Assembly (NCBI GenBank): GCA_041697335.1
Contig: JBGUGD010000022.1
Coordinates: 1 to 55,242, forward strand
DNA: 55,242 nucleotides
DNA from: Vampirovibrionaceae bacterium NZW_1234
GTDB taxonomy: Bacteria > Cyanobacteriota > Vampirovibrionia > Vampirovibrionales > JAGQHJ01
Direction of reading: 5' to 3'
The first letter of the stretch is position 1. Every line of letters begins with the position of its first letter. The notes beneath the pieces were generated by a model. The model was given only the letters and a program-made list of their open reading frames with translations. It did not search any database and was not told the origin of the DNA. A program made the position numbers and the translations under genes. Shown in pieces: positions 27,511-39,780 of the stretch.

Positions 27511-27705
27511 CTAAAGATCGGCAAATGCGGACTCGAATGCCACGACCTGGCCCGTCCGTGCTTCCAACAGGCTGGTCATCATCTGGATCATCTGGTCAGC
27601 ATCTGACAAGATCTCCAGGGTCTCGGCCTGAGCCTCGGAGATGTGATCGAATACGGAGGTCAAAATCCGGCTTTTGGTTTGACTAAAAATTGAACTCTGT
27701 CCCAT
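27511..27705 (-). CDS. Putative antitoxin (YefM/RelB-like C-terminal segment, 64 aa)
   Basis: RBS AAGGAG; acidic; ETLEILSD...SLLEARTGQVV motif; lies upstream of the RelE-type toxin. Confidence 0.7.
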   Translation of the reverse strand: MGQSSIFSQTKSRILTSVFDHISEAQAETLEILSDADQMIQMMTSLLEARTGQVVAFESAFADL

Positions 27706-27838
27706 GGATGACTCCTTCGTAACAGTCCCAACGTGCTTTACATGCCCGAAAATCAATGTGGGCTTCCTGATGCATAAAACCCTGTTTTCGGATTTTTGTG
27801 CGCGTTTCCTTTGAAAGGAGGAGGTTTGTTGCCCTTTG

Positions 27839-27866
27839 TAAAGCTTTTCCAGGGGCGTGCCGATAG
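27839..27866 (+). promoter_or_regulatory. Sigma-28 (FliA/SigD) promoter
   Basis: TAAA-N16-GCCGATAG directly upstream of fliS. Confidence 0.8.
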
Positions 27867-27896
27867 GAAGGGTATCAGTAATTGAAGGTCGAATTC

Positions 27897-28343
27897 ATGA
27901 CAATGAACCCCTACGCTGCTGCTAATTCTGCTGCCAACTATCGGGCACAACAGATCCAAACTGCCAGTAAGGAGCAGTTATTGATTATGTTGTTCGAAGG
28001 GGCCATTCGTTTTCTGAATTTGGCCAAGGCTGGGCATGAAGAGCAAAATGTGGAGAAATTTCACAACAACATTATTAAAACCCAGCGCATCTTGATGGAG
28101 TTTATGACCACGCTGGACTTTGATGTTGGCGGTGAGATGGCTCAAAATCTGTTCCAGGTCTATGAATACCTTCATTATCAATTGGTTCAGGCCAATATCA
28201 AGAAAGATGTTAAAATGATAGAAGAGGTTCAGAGCCACCTACGTGAGTTGAAAGAGACGTGGGAGAAGGCAATCCTGATTGCGAAACAGGAATTGAAACC
28301 TCAACCGTCAATGACGAGTACTGGGAATGTCTACAGCGTCTAA
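27897..28343 (+). CDS. fliS: Flagellar export chaperone FliS
   Basis: YRAQQIQTASKEQLLIMLFEGAIRFL, TLDFDVGGEMAQNLFQVYEY, LKETW. Confidence 0.95.
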   Translation: MTMNPYAAANSAANYRAQQIQTASKEQLLIMLFEGAIRFLNLAKAGHEEQNVEKFHNNIIKTQRILMEFMTTLDFDVGGEMAQNLFQVYEYLHYQLVQANIKKDVKMIEEVQSHLRELKETWEKAILIAKQELKPQPSMTSTGNVYSV

Positions 28344-28695
28344 CTGGCCTAATATTGAAGAAAGTCTTCGTAAACTCATTCAGCTGTCTCAAGCCATCCT
28401 GGCGTGTGGCGATCAGGAAATGGACAAAATGCAAAAGCTCATTAATGAGCGGGAACCTTGGATTGCGCGATTAACATCGTGTAAACCCGGAAGTTTGCTG
28501 CCGCAACATGAGGCTGCCCTGGACCGGATGGTTGCGGAACTTCAGGAAATTGATGCCAAAGTCCAGCAAAAGCTTGAAAGTCTGCATAAACAGCAGTCTG
28601 ATAACCTTGGGCAGGTCAATAAAGGCAAACAGGCCTTGAATAGCTATCGATTCCCTTATTCCTCCAGCAGTGAAGGCCTTGAAGGTAAAGGCTGA
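28327..28695 (+). CDS. FliT-like helical flagellar chaperone (putative)
   Basis: 122-aa helical ORF overlapping the fliS stop; KLINERE and ALNSY patterns; position typical of fliT. Confidence 0.55.
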   Translation: MSTASNWPNIEESLRKLIQLSQAILACGDQEMDKMQKLINEREPWIARLTSCKPGSLLPQHEAALDRMVAELQEIDAKVQQKLESLHKQQSDNLGQVNKGKQALNSYRFPYSSSSEGLEGKG

Positions 28696-28743
28696 TTGTG
28701 CGATAGTGAGCTTGACAAAAACAAGCTCAGACAGGCTGGCCTA

Positions 28744-29112
28744 ATGATTAACGTGGTTTTAGTGGAAGATGAGCCCATGTGGCAGCAAGGCATTGCGGCA
28801 TTGCTGAGCATGGATGCCGAGTTGGTCTTGGTTGGGACAGTGGATAATGCCGATGAAGCAGAGTCGATGGTGGAAAGACTGAAGCCGGATATTGTATTGT
28901 TGGACTGGAAGATTCTCGGCGGACGAGACGGCTTGGAATTGGCTAAGTCGCTTGAACGTATGGTGACTCCTCAGCAAATTATACTGGTAACAGGCTCGCC
29001 GGTGGATCAGATTCCGGAACATCCCTATGGCTATGTACCGAAACCTCGAATTGCCACCGAATTAATAGACCAGATCAAGTCTCGAGCCAAAGCGTCCTGT
29101 CAGTCCTGCTAG
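28744..29112 (+). CDS. Single-domain response regulator receiver
   Basis: VVLVEDE, PDIVLLDW, DGLEL, LVTG, YVPKP; no output domain. Confidence 0.88.
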   Translation: MINVVLVEDEPMWQQGIAALLSMDAELVLVGTVDNADEAESMVERLKPDIVLLDWKILGGRDGLELAKSLERMVTPQQIILVTGSPVDQIPEHPYGYVPKPRIATELIDQIKSRAKASCQSC

Positions 29113-29334
29113 AGATCATTGTAAAATCATCGTGGCTTGACGTAGCTCTTTGATAGGGCACAATAGATCGTTGAACCATCTGTTCAAACCGACAGCCAAG
29201 GGTTGGATCAACACCGAAGCGTTGTTTGTAAAGAAGTGTAAAGCATTAGGGTTTTACTTTTAATTGCTTTTTGACTATGATGCTAATCCCCCTTGATGTC
29301 CATAACATAGCGAATTGAAAGAAAGGGTGTCCTC

Positions 29335-29862
29335 GTGGCTCGGCTGGCTGATAAAGAGAAAAAACTTGCACAATATAATGAAGATTTGGCAAACGCCAAA
29401 GTTGCTGTTGTTGCAGAATACCGTGGCTTATCCGTAGAGCAGTTGACCAATCTGCGTCGGGATTTATTTAAGCAAAAAGCGAAGTTCAGCATTGTGAAAA
29501 ATACGCTGATGAAGCGTGCCATTAAAGGCAAAGAAATGGAGTCTTTGGACGATTTGTTTCAAGGCCCGATGGCGGTTTTGTTTGGGTTTGAAGATGAAGT
29601 TCCGCCCACCAAAACGCTGAAAGAATTTTTGCAAAAAGCTAAAATTGGCGAAATTAAAGGTGGCTATGTTGGCGGACAGAAGTTGTCTAAGGCAGAAGTC
29701 TTGCAATTGGCTGACTTGCCTTCCTTGGATGAGCTTCGTGCCAAATTGTTGGGTGCTATTAATAGCCCATTGGCTGGTTTGGTTGGTGCTATCTCTAGCC
29801 AACAACGTGGTCTGGTCAATGTTTTGGACCAATATGCCAAGCTCAAAGAACAGCAAGGCTAA
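29335..29862 (+). CDS. rplJ: 50S ribosomal protein L10
   Basis: YRGLSVEQLTNLRR, VKNTL, LADLPSLDELRAKLLG. Confidence 0.97.
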   Translation: MARLADKEKKLAQYNEDLANAKVAVVAEYRGLSVEQLTNLRRDLFKQKAKFSIVKNTLMKRAIKGKEMESLDDLFQGPMAVLFGFEDEVPPTKTLKEFLQKAKIGEIKGGYVGGQKLSKAEVLQLADLPSLDELRAKLLGAINSPLAGLVGAISSQQRGLVNVLDQYAKLKEQQG

Positions 29863-29938
29863 TTGCAACTCAAGTTTACGCACTCTATATGGTGAAAACC
29901 CTTAAGTATAGTACAAGTAGATAAATGAGGTTGACGTC

Positions 29939-30337
29939 ATGTCCGTAACCCTGGATGACAAAACACAAAAAATCTTTGATGAAATTAAAACCCTGAGCTT
30001 CTTGCAAACCGCCAATTTGGTGAAAGCATTCGAAGATGAATTCGGAATCACTGCTGCTGCTCCTGTGGCTGCCGTTGCTGTTGCTCCTGGTGGCGGTGCT
30101 GCTGCTGGCGGTGCTGATGAAGAAGAAAAAACCTTCACCGTTGTTCTGGCTGATGCCGGTGCGAACAAAATCAACGTGTTGAAAGAAGTTCGTGCTATTA
30201 CCGGTCTTGGTTTGAAAGAAGCAAAAGACCTCGTAGACTCCGCTCCGAAGCCGATCAAAGAAGATTTGAAAAAAGAAGAAGCCGAGAAAATCAAAGCTCA
30301 GCTTGAAGCTGCTGGTGCGAAAGTCGAACTCAAGTAA
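29939..30337 (+). CDS. rplL: 50S ribosomal protein L7/L12
   Basis: [43 protein letters not shown]. Confidence 0.98.
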   Translation: MSVTLDDKTQKIFDEIKTLSFLQTANLVKAFEDEFGITAAAPVAAVAVAPGGGAAAGGADEEEKTFTVVLADAGANKINVLKEVRAITGLGLKEAKDLVDSAPKPIKEDLKKEEAEKIKAQLEAAGAKVELK

Positions 30338-30476
30338 TTGAATAGTATGGGAAATGGGAATCTAGGGCGTTGAGGTCATCTCAGCTTCTGGATTTCCCTT
30401 TTTCCCATGCGTGATGCATAATAATGAATGCATTTTTAAACATAAAAATTAAAAGATTGAAGACACGAGGGATAGC

Positions 30477-33400
30477 ATGCCTGTAGAGATTACGAAACGG
30501 TCCACACTTGAAGGAATTGGCTCTCTTCCTTTGGAGCATCTTCCGGACTTGGCAGAAATTCAAAAGAACTCGTTCAATTGGTTTTTAACCGAAGGCTTGA
30601 AAGAAGAATTACTCTCCTTCTCCCCGATTAAAGATTATACCGGACGCTTAGAACTCTATTTCCTCCCGGAATACAGTTTTGACAAGCCCAAATATACAGT
30701 TACCGAAGCCCGCTTGCATGAAGCAACCTACTCCAAGCAGCTTCGGATTATGCTGCGTTTGGTTAACCGGGACACCGGGGAGATCAAAGAACAAGAAGCC
30801 TACATTGGCGAAATCCCCATGATGACCGATCGGGGGACCTTCATCATTAATGGTGCTGAACGGGTTATCATCAGCCAAATTGTTCGTTCTCCCGGCATCT
30901 ACTACAAAAAAGAAGTCGCCTTGAACGGAAAGCGGATTTTTAATGCTACCCTCATCCCGAATCGTGGTGCTTGGTTGAAACTGGAAACCGACGCCAATGA
31001 TGTGGTTCACGTCAAAATTGATAAGAATCGCAAGATCTTGGCCACTACCTTGCTGCGTGCCCTTGGTCTGTCTGAAACTGATATGGAGAACCAGCTTCGT
31101 CACTTTGACTTCCTGAAACGAACCCTGGACAAAGATTCGACGGAAACCACCGATGAAGCCTTGGTTGAAGTGTACAAACGCTTGCGCCCTGGTGATCCGG
31201 CTAGTGCTGCCGGTGGACGCACCTTGCTTGAAAGCCGCTTCTTCGATGAGAAGCGCTATGACTTGGGCCGAGTTGGCCGCTATAAAATGAACCGGAAGCT
31301 GGGCTTGTCTATTCCTGACACTGTTCGGGTTTTGACGGTTCAAGACATTGTCGCTTCCATTGACTACCTGATTAACCTGCACTATGACGATGGGTTTGTG
31401 GATGATATCGATCACCTCGGGAACCGTCGTATTCGTTCCGTTGGGGAATTGATTCAGAATCAGTTCCGAGTTGGTTTGACCCGTTTGGAGCGGATTGTTA
31501 AAGAGCGTATGACCTTGCAGGATGTCGATACGTTGACACCCAGCAATTTGTTGAATCCCAAGCCCTTGTTGGCTGCGATTCGTGAGTTCTTTGGTTCCTC
31601 TCAGTTGTCTCAGTTTATGGATCAGACCAATCCGCTGGCAGAATTAACTCACAAACGTCGTTTATCTGCCTTGGGACCTGGTGGTTTGACTCGGGAAAGA
31701 GCCGGGTTTGCGGTTCGAGACATTCACCCCAGCCAATACGGTCGGATTTGCCCGGTAGAAACGCCGGAAGGACCCAACGCCGGTTTGATCGGCAGCTTGA
31801 GTACCTATGCTCGGGTGAACGATTACGGCTTCCTTGAAACACCCTACCGTGTTGTAAAAGACGGGGTGGTCACTGATGAAATCGAGTATCTCGCTGCTGA
31901 CGAAGAAGATAGATTCCGGGTGGCGCCTGGTGACTTGCGGATTGATGAAAGCGGCAAGATTGTTGGTAATCAGGTTCCTGTTCGTTATCAAAGTGAATTT
32001 ACCATTACGGAGCCCGAGTTTGTAGATTATATGGGTGTTTCGCCGATTCAGATTATTTCTGTTGCAACGGCGCTGATTCCCTTTATCGAGCACGATGATG
32101 CGAACCGAGCCTTGATGGGATCGAACATGCAACGTCAGGCCGTTCCGTTGATTAACGCTGAGCGTCCGATGGTTGGAACCGGTCTTGAGCGTCGTGTGGC
32201 GCTTGACTCGGGTATGGTTGTCACGGCCCAGTGTGATGGTGAAGTTATCAAAGTAACGGGTGACACCATCGTCATTAAGGACAAAGAAACCAATAAGCCG
32301 GTGACCCATGAGCTTATTAAATACCTTAGAAGCAACCAGGACACCTGTTTGAACCAGACCCCAAACGTTTCTGAAGGGGATGTTGTGAAAAAAGGCGATC
32401 CCATTGCCGATGGTGCCTCCACCGAGAAGGGTGAGCTGGCGCTGGGGCAGAATATTATGGTTGCCTTCATGCCTTGGGAAGGCTACAACTTCGAAGATGC
32501 TATCCTCATCAGTGAACGGATGCTTCACCAAGACATCTTTACCAGTATCCACATTGAAAAGCTGGAAATTGATGCTCGTACCACCAAGTTGGGTCCGGAA
32601 GAAATTACCCGTGAAATTCCCAACGTCGGTGAAGATGCGCTGAAACACTTGGATGAACGCGGTATCGTTCGAATTGGTGCTCGTGTCCGGGCTGATGATA
32701 TTCTGGTCGGAAAAATTACGCCGAAAGGTGAAAGTGAACACCCGCCGGAAGAAAAACTCTTACGAGCGATCTTTGCTGAAAAAGCCCGTGATGTTCGTGA
32801 CAACAGTTTGCGAGTGCCCCACGGCGAAGGCGGTCGGGTCGTTGATGTAAAAATCTTTGACCGGGAAAAAGGTGATGAGTTGCCTCCGGGTGCAAACACC
32901 GTTGTTCGGGTTTACATCGCTCAGCGCCGCAAGATCAGTGTCGGTGACAAAGTAGCGGGTCGCCACGGGAATAAAGGGATTGTCTCCAAGATTCTTCCGG
33001 TAGAAGATATGCCCTACTTGCCCGATGGCACACCGGTTGACATCGTCTTGAATCCGCTGGGTGTACCAAGCCGTATGAACGTGGGACAGACCTACGAAAC
33101 CTTGCTGGGCTTAGCCGCTTACTTAACCGGCCATCACTATGAGGTTCCGCCGTTTGACGAGCGTTATGGCGAGGAAGCGTCCAACCGGGCCGTTCATAAT
33201 GAACTGAAGAGAGCCATTGAATCCACAGGTAAAGATTGGATTCCTGGCAACGGCAAGGTGACCTTGTTCGATGGCCGTACGGGTGAAGCCTTCCATAACC
33301 CGGTCTCTATCGGCAAAATTTACATGATGAAGCTTGTCCACTTGGTGGACGACAAAATCCACGCTCGTTCGACAGGTCCCTACAGTTTGGTTACCCAGCA

Positions 33401-33785
33401 GCCGCTGGGTGGTAAAGCCCAATTTGGTGGCCAACGCTTCGGCGAGATGGAAGTTTGGGCCCTTGAAGCATATGGCGCAGCCTATACGCTTCAGGAAATG
33501 CTGACAATTAAGTCAGATGACGTTGTCGGCCGTAGCCGAGCCTACGAAGCCATTGTTAAAGGTGAGAACCTCCAGAGACCTGGTTTGCCAGAGTCCTTTA
33601 AGGTATTGGTTCGAGAACTTCAGAGTATCGGTCTGGACATCACGGTGCAAAAGCGCTTGAGAGATGGCCGAGCTGTTGAAGTTGACCTGATGGCGGATGA
33701 TTCGGCTTCCCGTGGTCCTGTACGTCGTCGTTTGGCGACCTCGGACAGCGAATTGCTGAACTTCTTCTCATCCAAAGCAGAATAG
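30477..33785 (+). CDS. rpoB: RNA polymerase beta subunit
   Basis: [46 protein letters not shown]. Confidence 0.99.
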   Translation: MPVEITKRSTLEGIGSLPLEHLPDLAEIQKNSFNWFLTEGLKEELLSFSPIKDYTGRLELYFLPEYSFDKPKYTVTEARLHEATYSKQLRIMLRLVNRDTGEIKEQEAYIGEIPMMTDRGTFIINGAERVIISQIVRSPGIYYKKEVALNGKRIFNATLIPNRGAWLKLETDANDVVHVKIDKNRKILATTLLRALGLSETDMENQLRHFDFLKRTLDKDSTETTDEALVEVYKRLRPGDPASAAGGRTLLESRFFDEKRYDLGRVGRYKMNRKLGLSIPDTVRVLTVQDIVASIDYLINLHYDDGFVDDIDHLGNRRIRSVGELIQNQFRVGLTRLERIVKERMTLQDVDTLTPSNLLNPKPLLAAIREFFGSSQLSQFMDQTNPLAELTHKRRLSALGPGGLTRERAGFAVRDIHPSQYGRICPVETPEGPNAGLIGSLSTYARVNDYGFLETPYRVVKDGVVTDEIEYLAADEEDRFRVAPGDLRIDESGKIVGNQVPVRYQSEFTITEPEFVDYMGVSPIQIISVATALIPFIEHDDANRALMGSNMQRQAVPLINAERPMVGTGLERRVALDSGMVVTAQCDGEVIKVTGDTIVIKDKETNKPVTHELIKYLRSNQDTCLNQTPNVSEGDVVKKGDPIADGASTEKGELALGQNIMVAFMPWEGYNFEDAILISERMLHQDIFTSIHIEKLEIDARTTKLGPEEITREIPNVGEDALKHLDERGIVRIGARVRADDILVGKITPKGESEHPPEEKLLRAIFAEKARDVRDNSLRVPHGEGGRVVDVKIFDREKGDELPPGANTVVRVYIAQRRKISVGDKVAGRHGNKGIVSKILPVEDMPYLPDGTPVDIVLNPLGVPSRMNVGQTYETLLGLAAYLTGHHYEVPPFDERYGEEASNRAVHNELKRAIESTGKDWIPGNGKVTLFDGRTGEAFHNPVSIGKIYMMKLVHLVDDKIHARSTGPYSLVTQQPLGGKAQFGGQRFGEMEVWALEAYGAAYTLQEMLTIKSDDVVGRSRAYEAIVKGENLQRPGLPESFKVLVRELQSIGLDITVQKRLRDGRAVEVDLMADDSASRGPVRRRLATSDSELLNFFSSKAE

Positions 33786-33813
33786 TCGTCGAGATCGTTT
33801 AGATCCTCATTAA

Positions 33814-35547
<1,734 letters not shown>

Positions 35548-35613
35548 GGGACAAATCCTGTTTGCACTCTGTAGTGGTACAAAGATGTTTAGCGATGAGG
35601 AAATAACAAAATC

Positions 35614-38600
35614 ATGAGTATCCTCTCACCCAGTAATAAATCCAGCAAAAAGAACATTGATTTTCTCAACCACGTGATGAACAAGAAAGCTCTGAGTTCT
35701 TTGTTGTCTCGGGTGTACGATGAGTACGGCGGTGCTAAGACCGGTGCATTGGCTAACCTGCTTAAAGATTTAGGCTTTAAGTATGCGACTTTGGCTGGTG
35801 TAACCATCTCTATTAGTGATCTGACTGTACCGCAAGCCAAAAAAGATATTTTGGCCAATGCCGAGTCCGAGATCGACCGGGCGACTCACCGGTTTGCCAA
35901 GGGCGAAATCACGGAAGTTGAGCGTTACTCTAAGGTAATCGATACCTGGGCGCAAGCCACAGAAGTCCTCACTAACGAGGTTGTCGACAAATTTGACCGG
36001 ATGAACCCCGTATACATGATGGCCTTCTCTGGTGCTCGGGGGAACATTTCTCAGGTTCGTCAGCTTGTTGGTATGCGGGGCCTGATGGCTGATGCGCAAG
36101 GCCAAATTATCGACTTGCCGATTAAAACCAACTTCCGGGAAGGGTTAAGTGTAACCGAGTACATTATTTCCAGCTACGGTGCACGTAAAGGTCTGGTAGA
36201 TACGGCGTTAAAAACCGCTGACTCTGGGTACCTGACCCGTCGTCTGGTGGACGTTGCTCAGGACGTAATTATTGAGGAAGAAGATTGCGGTACAACCAAA
36301 GGGATTCCAATGGCTGGGATCTCTGACGGCGGTAACGAAATCGTTTCCCTAAAAGAGCGTTTGATTGGCCGTACCGCTGCCGTGCATATCACCGATGAAG
36401 AGGGTGAGATCCTGGTCGCTGCGGGTGAAATTATTACGCCCAAAGATGCCGAGGTCATCGTGAAAACCGGTACCAAGGAAGTTTCGGTTCGCTCCGGTTT
36501 AACCTGTGCCAGCCCCTATGGTGTTTGCCGTCGTTGTTACGGCTGGTCACTGACCAGTAACAAGCTGGTTGATATGGGTGAAGCTATTGGGATTATGGCT
36601 GCACAAAGTATCGGGGAGCCTGGTACACAGCTGACCATGCGTACCTTCCACACCGGCGGTGTATTTAGCGGTTCAACCAACATTGAACAGATTAAGGCAA
36701 CCTTGGCTGGAACCCTGGCCACCGATGTGCCGGTTCGTGAGTTCCGGACTCGTCACGGGGATGTGGTACAGGTAACCACCCGTGATTATGTCATGGAAAT
36801 CAAAACCGAAGACGGCAAATCAGTAAAATACAATATTCCTTACAACGCCACGGTCTTCAAAATAAATAAAGGCGATGCCATCAGCGCAGGCGAAGTAATT
36901 GCTGAATTTGAACCGGGTGCCGGTCGTGGTGATGCCCGTCGTTTGACCGAGAAGGCTACCAAGGATATTAAAGCTGATTTACCCGGTGAAATCGTGTTCG
37001 AAAGCTTCGAAGCCGATGAAAAGCGCGATCGCCAAGGAAACATTACCCGGACAGCAAACCGAGCCGGTACCATTTGGATTCTGGGTGGTGAAGTCTATAA
37101 CTTACCCGGTGGTTCCAAACACCAGGTTGAGACCGGTGATGTCGTCAAGACTGGCGATGTTCTGGCTGAAACGATGGTGGTCAGTGAGCATGGTGGGGAA
37201 GTCCGCATTCCGGCGGATTTAACCACGGAGACCGTTAAAGTGGGTGGTGATACCATCGAGAAAATTGTCGATGGTAAAGAATTAACGATTATCATTGCCT
37301 CTACTCGTCCCGACAATGCCACACTGGAAGCCACCAAGAAGGAACAGCTCTGGAAAGTCGAAGATGCTGAAGAGACCTATATTATTAAGTCCCCCGTGGG
37401 CACGATGGTCGAAAATAACAGCATCATTGCTGAGTTAATTGATGAAACCAGCACGGTTCCCTCGAGCGGTGAGATTCGTTATGAAGACATCGAAATTGAT
37501 GAGCAACGGGTGATCACCAAGCCGGGAACGGTATATTTCATCCCCGAAGAGATTCACCAGGTCAGCAAGGATGTGTCCTTGAAAATGGTTGAATCGGGAA
37601 TCTTCGTGGAAGCCGGTACCGAAGTGGTCAAGGATATTGTCACTCGGATCAGCGGGATCGTTGAAATCGTCGAAGACAATGACATTATTCAAGAAGTTGT
37701 TGTCCGCCCTGGCGAAATGCATCGGGTGAAAGATGTTGGCAGCTTGACCGTTGATGATGGCACTGTGGTAGATGCTGGTACTGAAGTGGCCCCCGGTATC
37801 GTTGCTCCTGTGAAATCCATGATCACCATCAACTTCCAGCTGGAAGAGCCGGACGAAGATGATGATGACGATCTGGACATGGAGGATACCTCCAACTACG
37901 AATACGCTGAAGTGCTGATTCGCCCGGTTCAGGAATTCCAAGTGGCGCCACACGACGTGTCGATTAATTTCGACTCTACCGAAGAAAATATCCGCATTGT
38001 TCCGGTGACGCAGTTGGCCTACAAAGATGGCGATAAGATCCGTCAAGTTGAAGGGGCGTCGCTGTTAAGAACCAGCCTGGTGCTTCAAATGGAAGGTTAT
38101 CTCTCTCGCCTGAGAGGGATTGTGGAAGAAGATGCCTCGACTGGTAACCTTAAGATTGCGGTGTTGGAGAACCTGACCATCCGTCGTGAAAGCTCGTCCG
38201 AAGCGACCAAGATGCAAACTGTTACCCAAACCCAGTTGCTGGTGAAAGATGGTGAAGTCATCGACAAGCGTACCCCTGTGGTTAAAACCCAGGTTCTGGC
38301 CCGTAGCAATGGTGTTGTCAGCTTGGGTAATGCCAGCTCCGAGAAAGAAGTTCGCCGGATCATGCTGGTGACCGAAGACCATCGTCACGCGGTGGACATT
38401 AAAGGTGCTGCCAAAGTCAAAGAAGGCGACTATGTCCGTATGGATGACGAAGTGGCCGCCGGTGAATTCGTCTCACTGTCCGGTCGTGTCGAATCCGTTG
38501 AGAAATCCAGCATCGTGATTCGCACCGGTCACCCCTACTTGATTGGGCAAGGGACTCAGCTGCAGGTTGAAGACCACAGCTTGGTTCAGCGAGGTGACTT

Positions 38601-39588
38601 GATCGCAACTCTCGTCTTTGAACGTCAGAAGTCCGGCGATATCGTCCAGGGTTTGCCTCGGGTTGAAGAATTGCTGGAAGGTCGTAAGTCCAAAGAAACG
38701 GCAATTATTGCCTCCTTTGACGCCACCGCACAGATTGAATGGGAAGAAGATGTTCCCAAGCTCTATGTGGTTAGCGAAGAATACGGTCGCCAGGAAGTGT
38801 CTGTTCCCTTGGGGGCAAACATCCTGGTTGAGGATGGCGAGAAAATTGTAAAAGGGCAGCCTCTCACGGATGGTGTGATCAACCCGCACGACATCCTGGA
38901 AATCCTGGGTGTTGAGTCGGTTCGTAAGTACCTGGTGGATGAAGTCCAACGGGTATACCGTTCTCAAGGCGTAGAAATTGCAGACAAGCACATTGAAATC
39001 ATTGTGCGTCAGATGTCCAAGAAGGTGAAAGTCGACGAATCCGGTGATACCCGTCTCTTGCCGGGCGAATTGCTGGATGAGAAAGTTGTTCTGGAAGAAG
39101 CCTCCCGGGCTGAAGAAGCCGGTGGCGCTCCGCCAGAATATCACCCGGTTCTGCTGGGGATTACCAAAGCCAGCTTGAATACGGACAGCTTTATCTCGGC
39201 CGCCAGCTTCCAAGAAACTACCCGGGTTCTCACCGAAGCGGCTGTTGAAGGCAAAGTGGACATCCTGCGTGGTCTGAAGGAAAACGTGATTATCGGTCGC
39301 TTGATTCCTGCCGGGACAGGCTTCCCGCACTTCAAAGACGAGCGGGCCGATATGCTTGATGATCAATCCGGGGCGGCTCGGTTCACAGCTCGTAAGCCTT
39401 CAGCCATTCTGGAAGAAATCGAAAGCATGTTCGGATCGCCTGAAATCTCCGAAGAAACTTTGGGTGAGTTGATGTTGGATGATGAAGATCTCATCACCGA
39501 CGACATTCGCTCCGGAGATGAGGAAGAATACGGCGATGGCGACGATGATGATTTTGGTGATGATGACTTTGGTGATGATGACGAGTAA
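35614..39588 (+). CDS. rpoC2: RNA polymerase beta-prime C-terminal subunit with large SI3 insertion
   Basis: TADSGYLTRRLVDV, GEPGTQLTMRTFHTGG, a long insertion, DIVQGLPRVEELLE, SFISAASFQETT. Confidence 0.98.
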   Translation: MSILSPSNKSSKKNIDFLNHVMNKKALSSLLSRVYDEYGGAKTGALANLLKDLGFKYATLAGVTISISDLTVPQAKKDILANAESEIDRATHRFAKGEITEVERYSKVIDTWAQATEVLTNEVVDKFDRMNPVYMMAFSGARGNISQVRQLVGMRGLMADAQGQIIDLPIKTNFREGLSVTEYIISSYGARKGLVDTALKTADSGYLTRRLVDVAQDVIIEEEDCGTTKGIPMAGISDGGNEIVSLKERLIGRTAAVHITDEEGEILVAAGEIITPKDAEVIVKTGTKEVSVRSGLTCASPYGVCRRCYGWSLTSNKLVDMGEAIGIMAAQSIGEPGTQLTMRTFHTGGVFSGSTNIEQIKATLAGTLATDVPVREFRTRHGDVVQVTTRDYVMEIKTEDGKSVKYNIPYNATVFKINKGDAISAGEVIAEFEPGAGRGDARRLTEKATKDIKADLPGEIVFESFEADEKRDRQGNITRTANRAGTIWILGGEVYNLPGGSKHQVETGDVVKTGDVLAETMVVSEHGGEVRIPADLTTETVKVGGDTIEKIVDGKELTIIIASTRPDNATLEATKKEQLWKVEDAEETYIIKSPVGTMVENNSIIAELIDETSTVPSSGEIRYEDIEIDEQRVITKPGTVYFIPEEIHQVSKDVSLKMVESGIFVEAGTEVVKDIVTRISGIVEIVEDNDIIQEVVVRPGEMHRVKDVGSLTVDDGTVVDAGTEVAPGIVAPVKSMITINFQLEEPDEDDDDDLDMEDTSNYEYAEVLIRPVQEFQVAPHDVSINFDSTEENIRIVPVTQLAYKDGDKIRQVEGASLLRTSLVLQMEGYLSRLRGIVEEDASTGNLKIAVLENLTIRRESSSEATKMQTVTQTQLLVKDGEVIDKRTPVVKTQVLARSNGVVSLGNASSEKEVRRIMLVTEDHRHAVDIKGAAKVKEGDYVRMDDEVAAGEFVSLSGRVESVEKSSIVIRTGHPYLIGQGTQLQVEDHSLVQRGDLIATLVFERQKSGDIVQGLPRVEELLEGRKSKETAIIASFDATAQIEWEEDVPKLYVVSEEYGRQEVSVPLGANILVEDGEKIVKGQPLTDGVINPHDILEILGVESVRKYLVDEVQRVYRSQGVEIADKHIEIIVRQMSKKVKVDESGDTRLLPGELLDEKVVLEEASRAEEAGGAPPEYHPVLLGITKASLNTDSFISAASFQETTRVLTEAAVEGKVDILRGLKENVIIGRLIPAGTGFPHFKDERADMLDDQSGAARFTARKPSAILEEIESMFGSPEISEETLGELMLDDEDLITDDIRSGDEEEYGDGDDDDFGDDDFGDDDE

Positions 39589-39628
39589 GTTCTGATTCAC
39601 TCACGTTCTCATCTTCTAATACCTCTTG

Positions 39629-39658
39629 AAAAGGCCGGTAATAATTTACCGGCCTTTT
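39629..39658. terminator. Intrinsic terminator after rpoC2 (possibly bidirectional)
   Basis: AAAAGGCCGGTAA-TAAT-TTACCGGCCTTTT. Confidence 0.85.
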
Positions 39659-39780
39659 GCTCTAGATTGCTTTGTTTTAAGACCTCTGCCTAAAGTTAGG
39701 CTCGGTCAAAAAATAGTTCTGCTTTATTCAATTTGGGTGCCGGGCTTATCATGTTACAGAGGACTGAAGAGAAAAATCCC

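Noticed and set aside
25935..27760. Integrated mobile element at tRNA-Arg
   Set aside because: No integrase or transposase, and I found no duplicated tRNA 3' end (att site).
29113..29334. L10 leader RNA upstream of rplJ
   Set aside because: Expected by position, but I could not recognise the consensus structure by eye; needs an Infernal search.
37025..37032. HIP1 octamer GCGATCGC
   Set aside because: Only an isolated occurrence was noticed; no enrichment.
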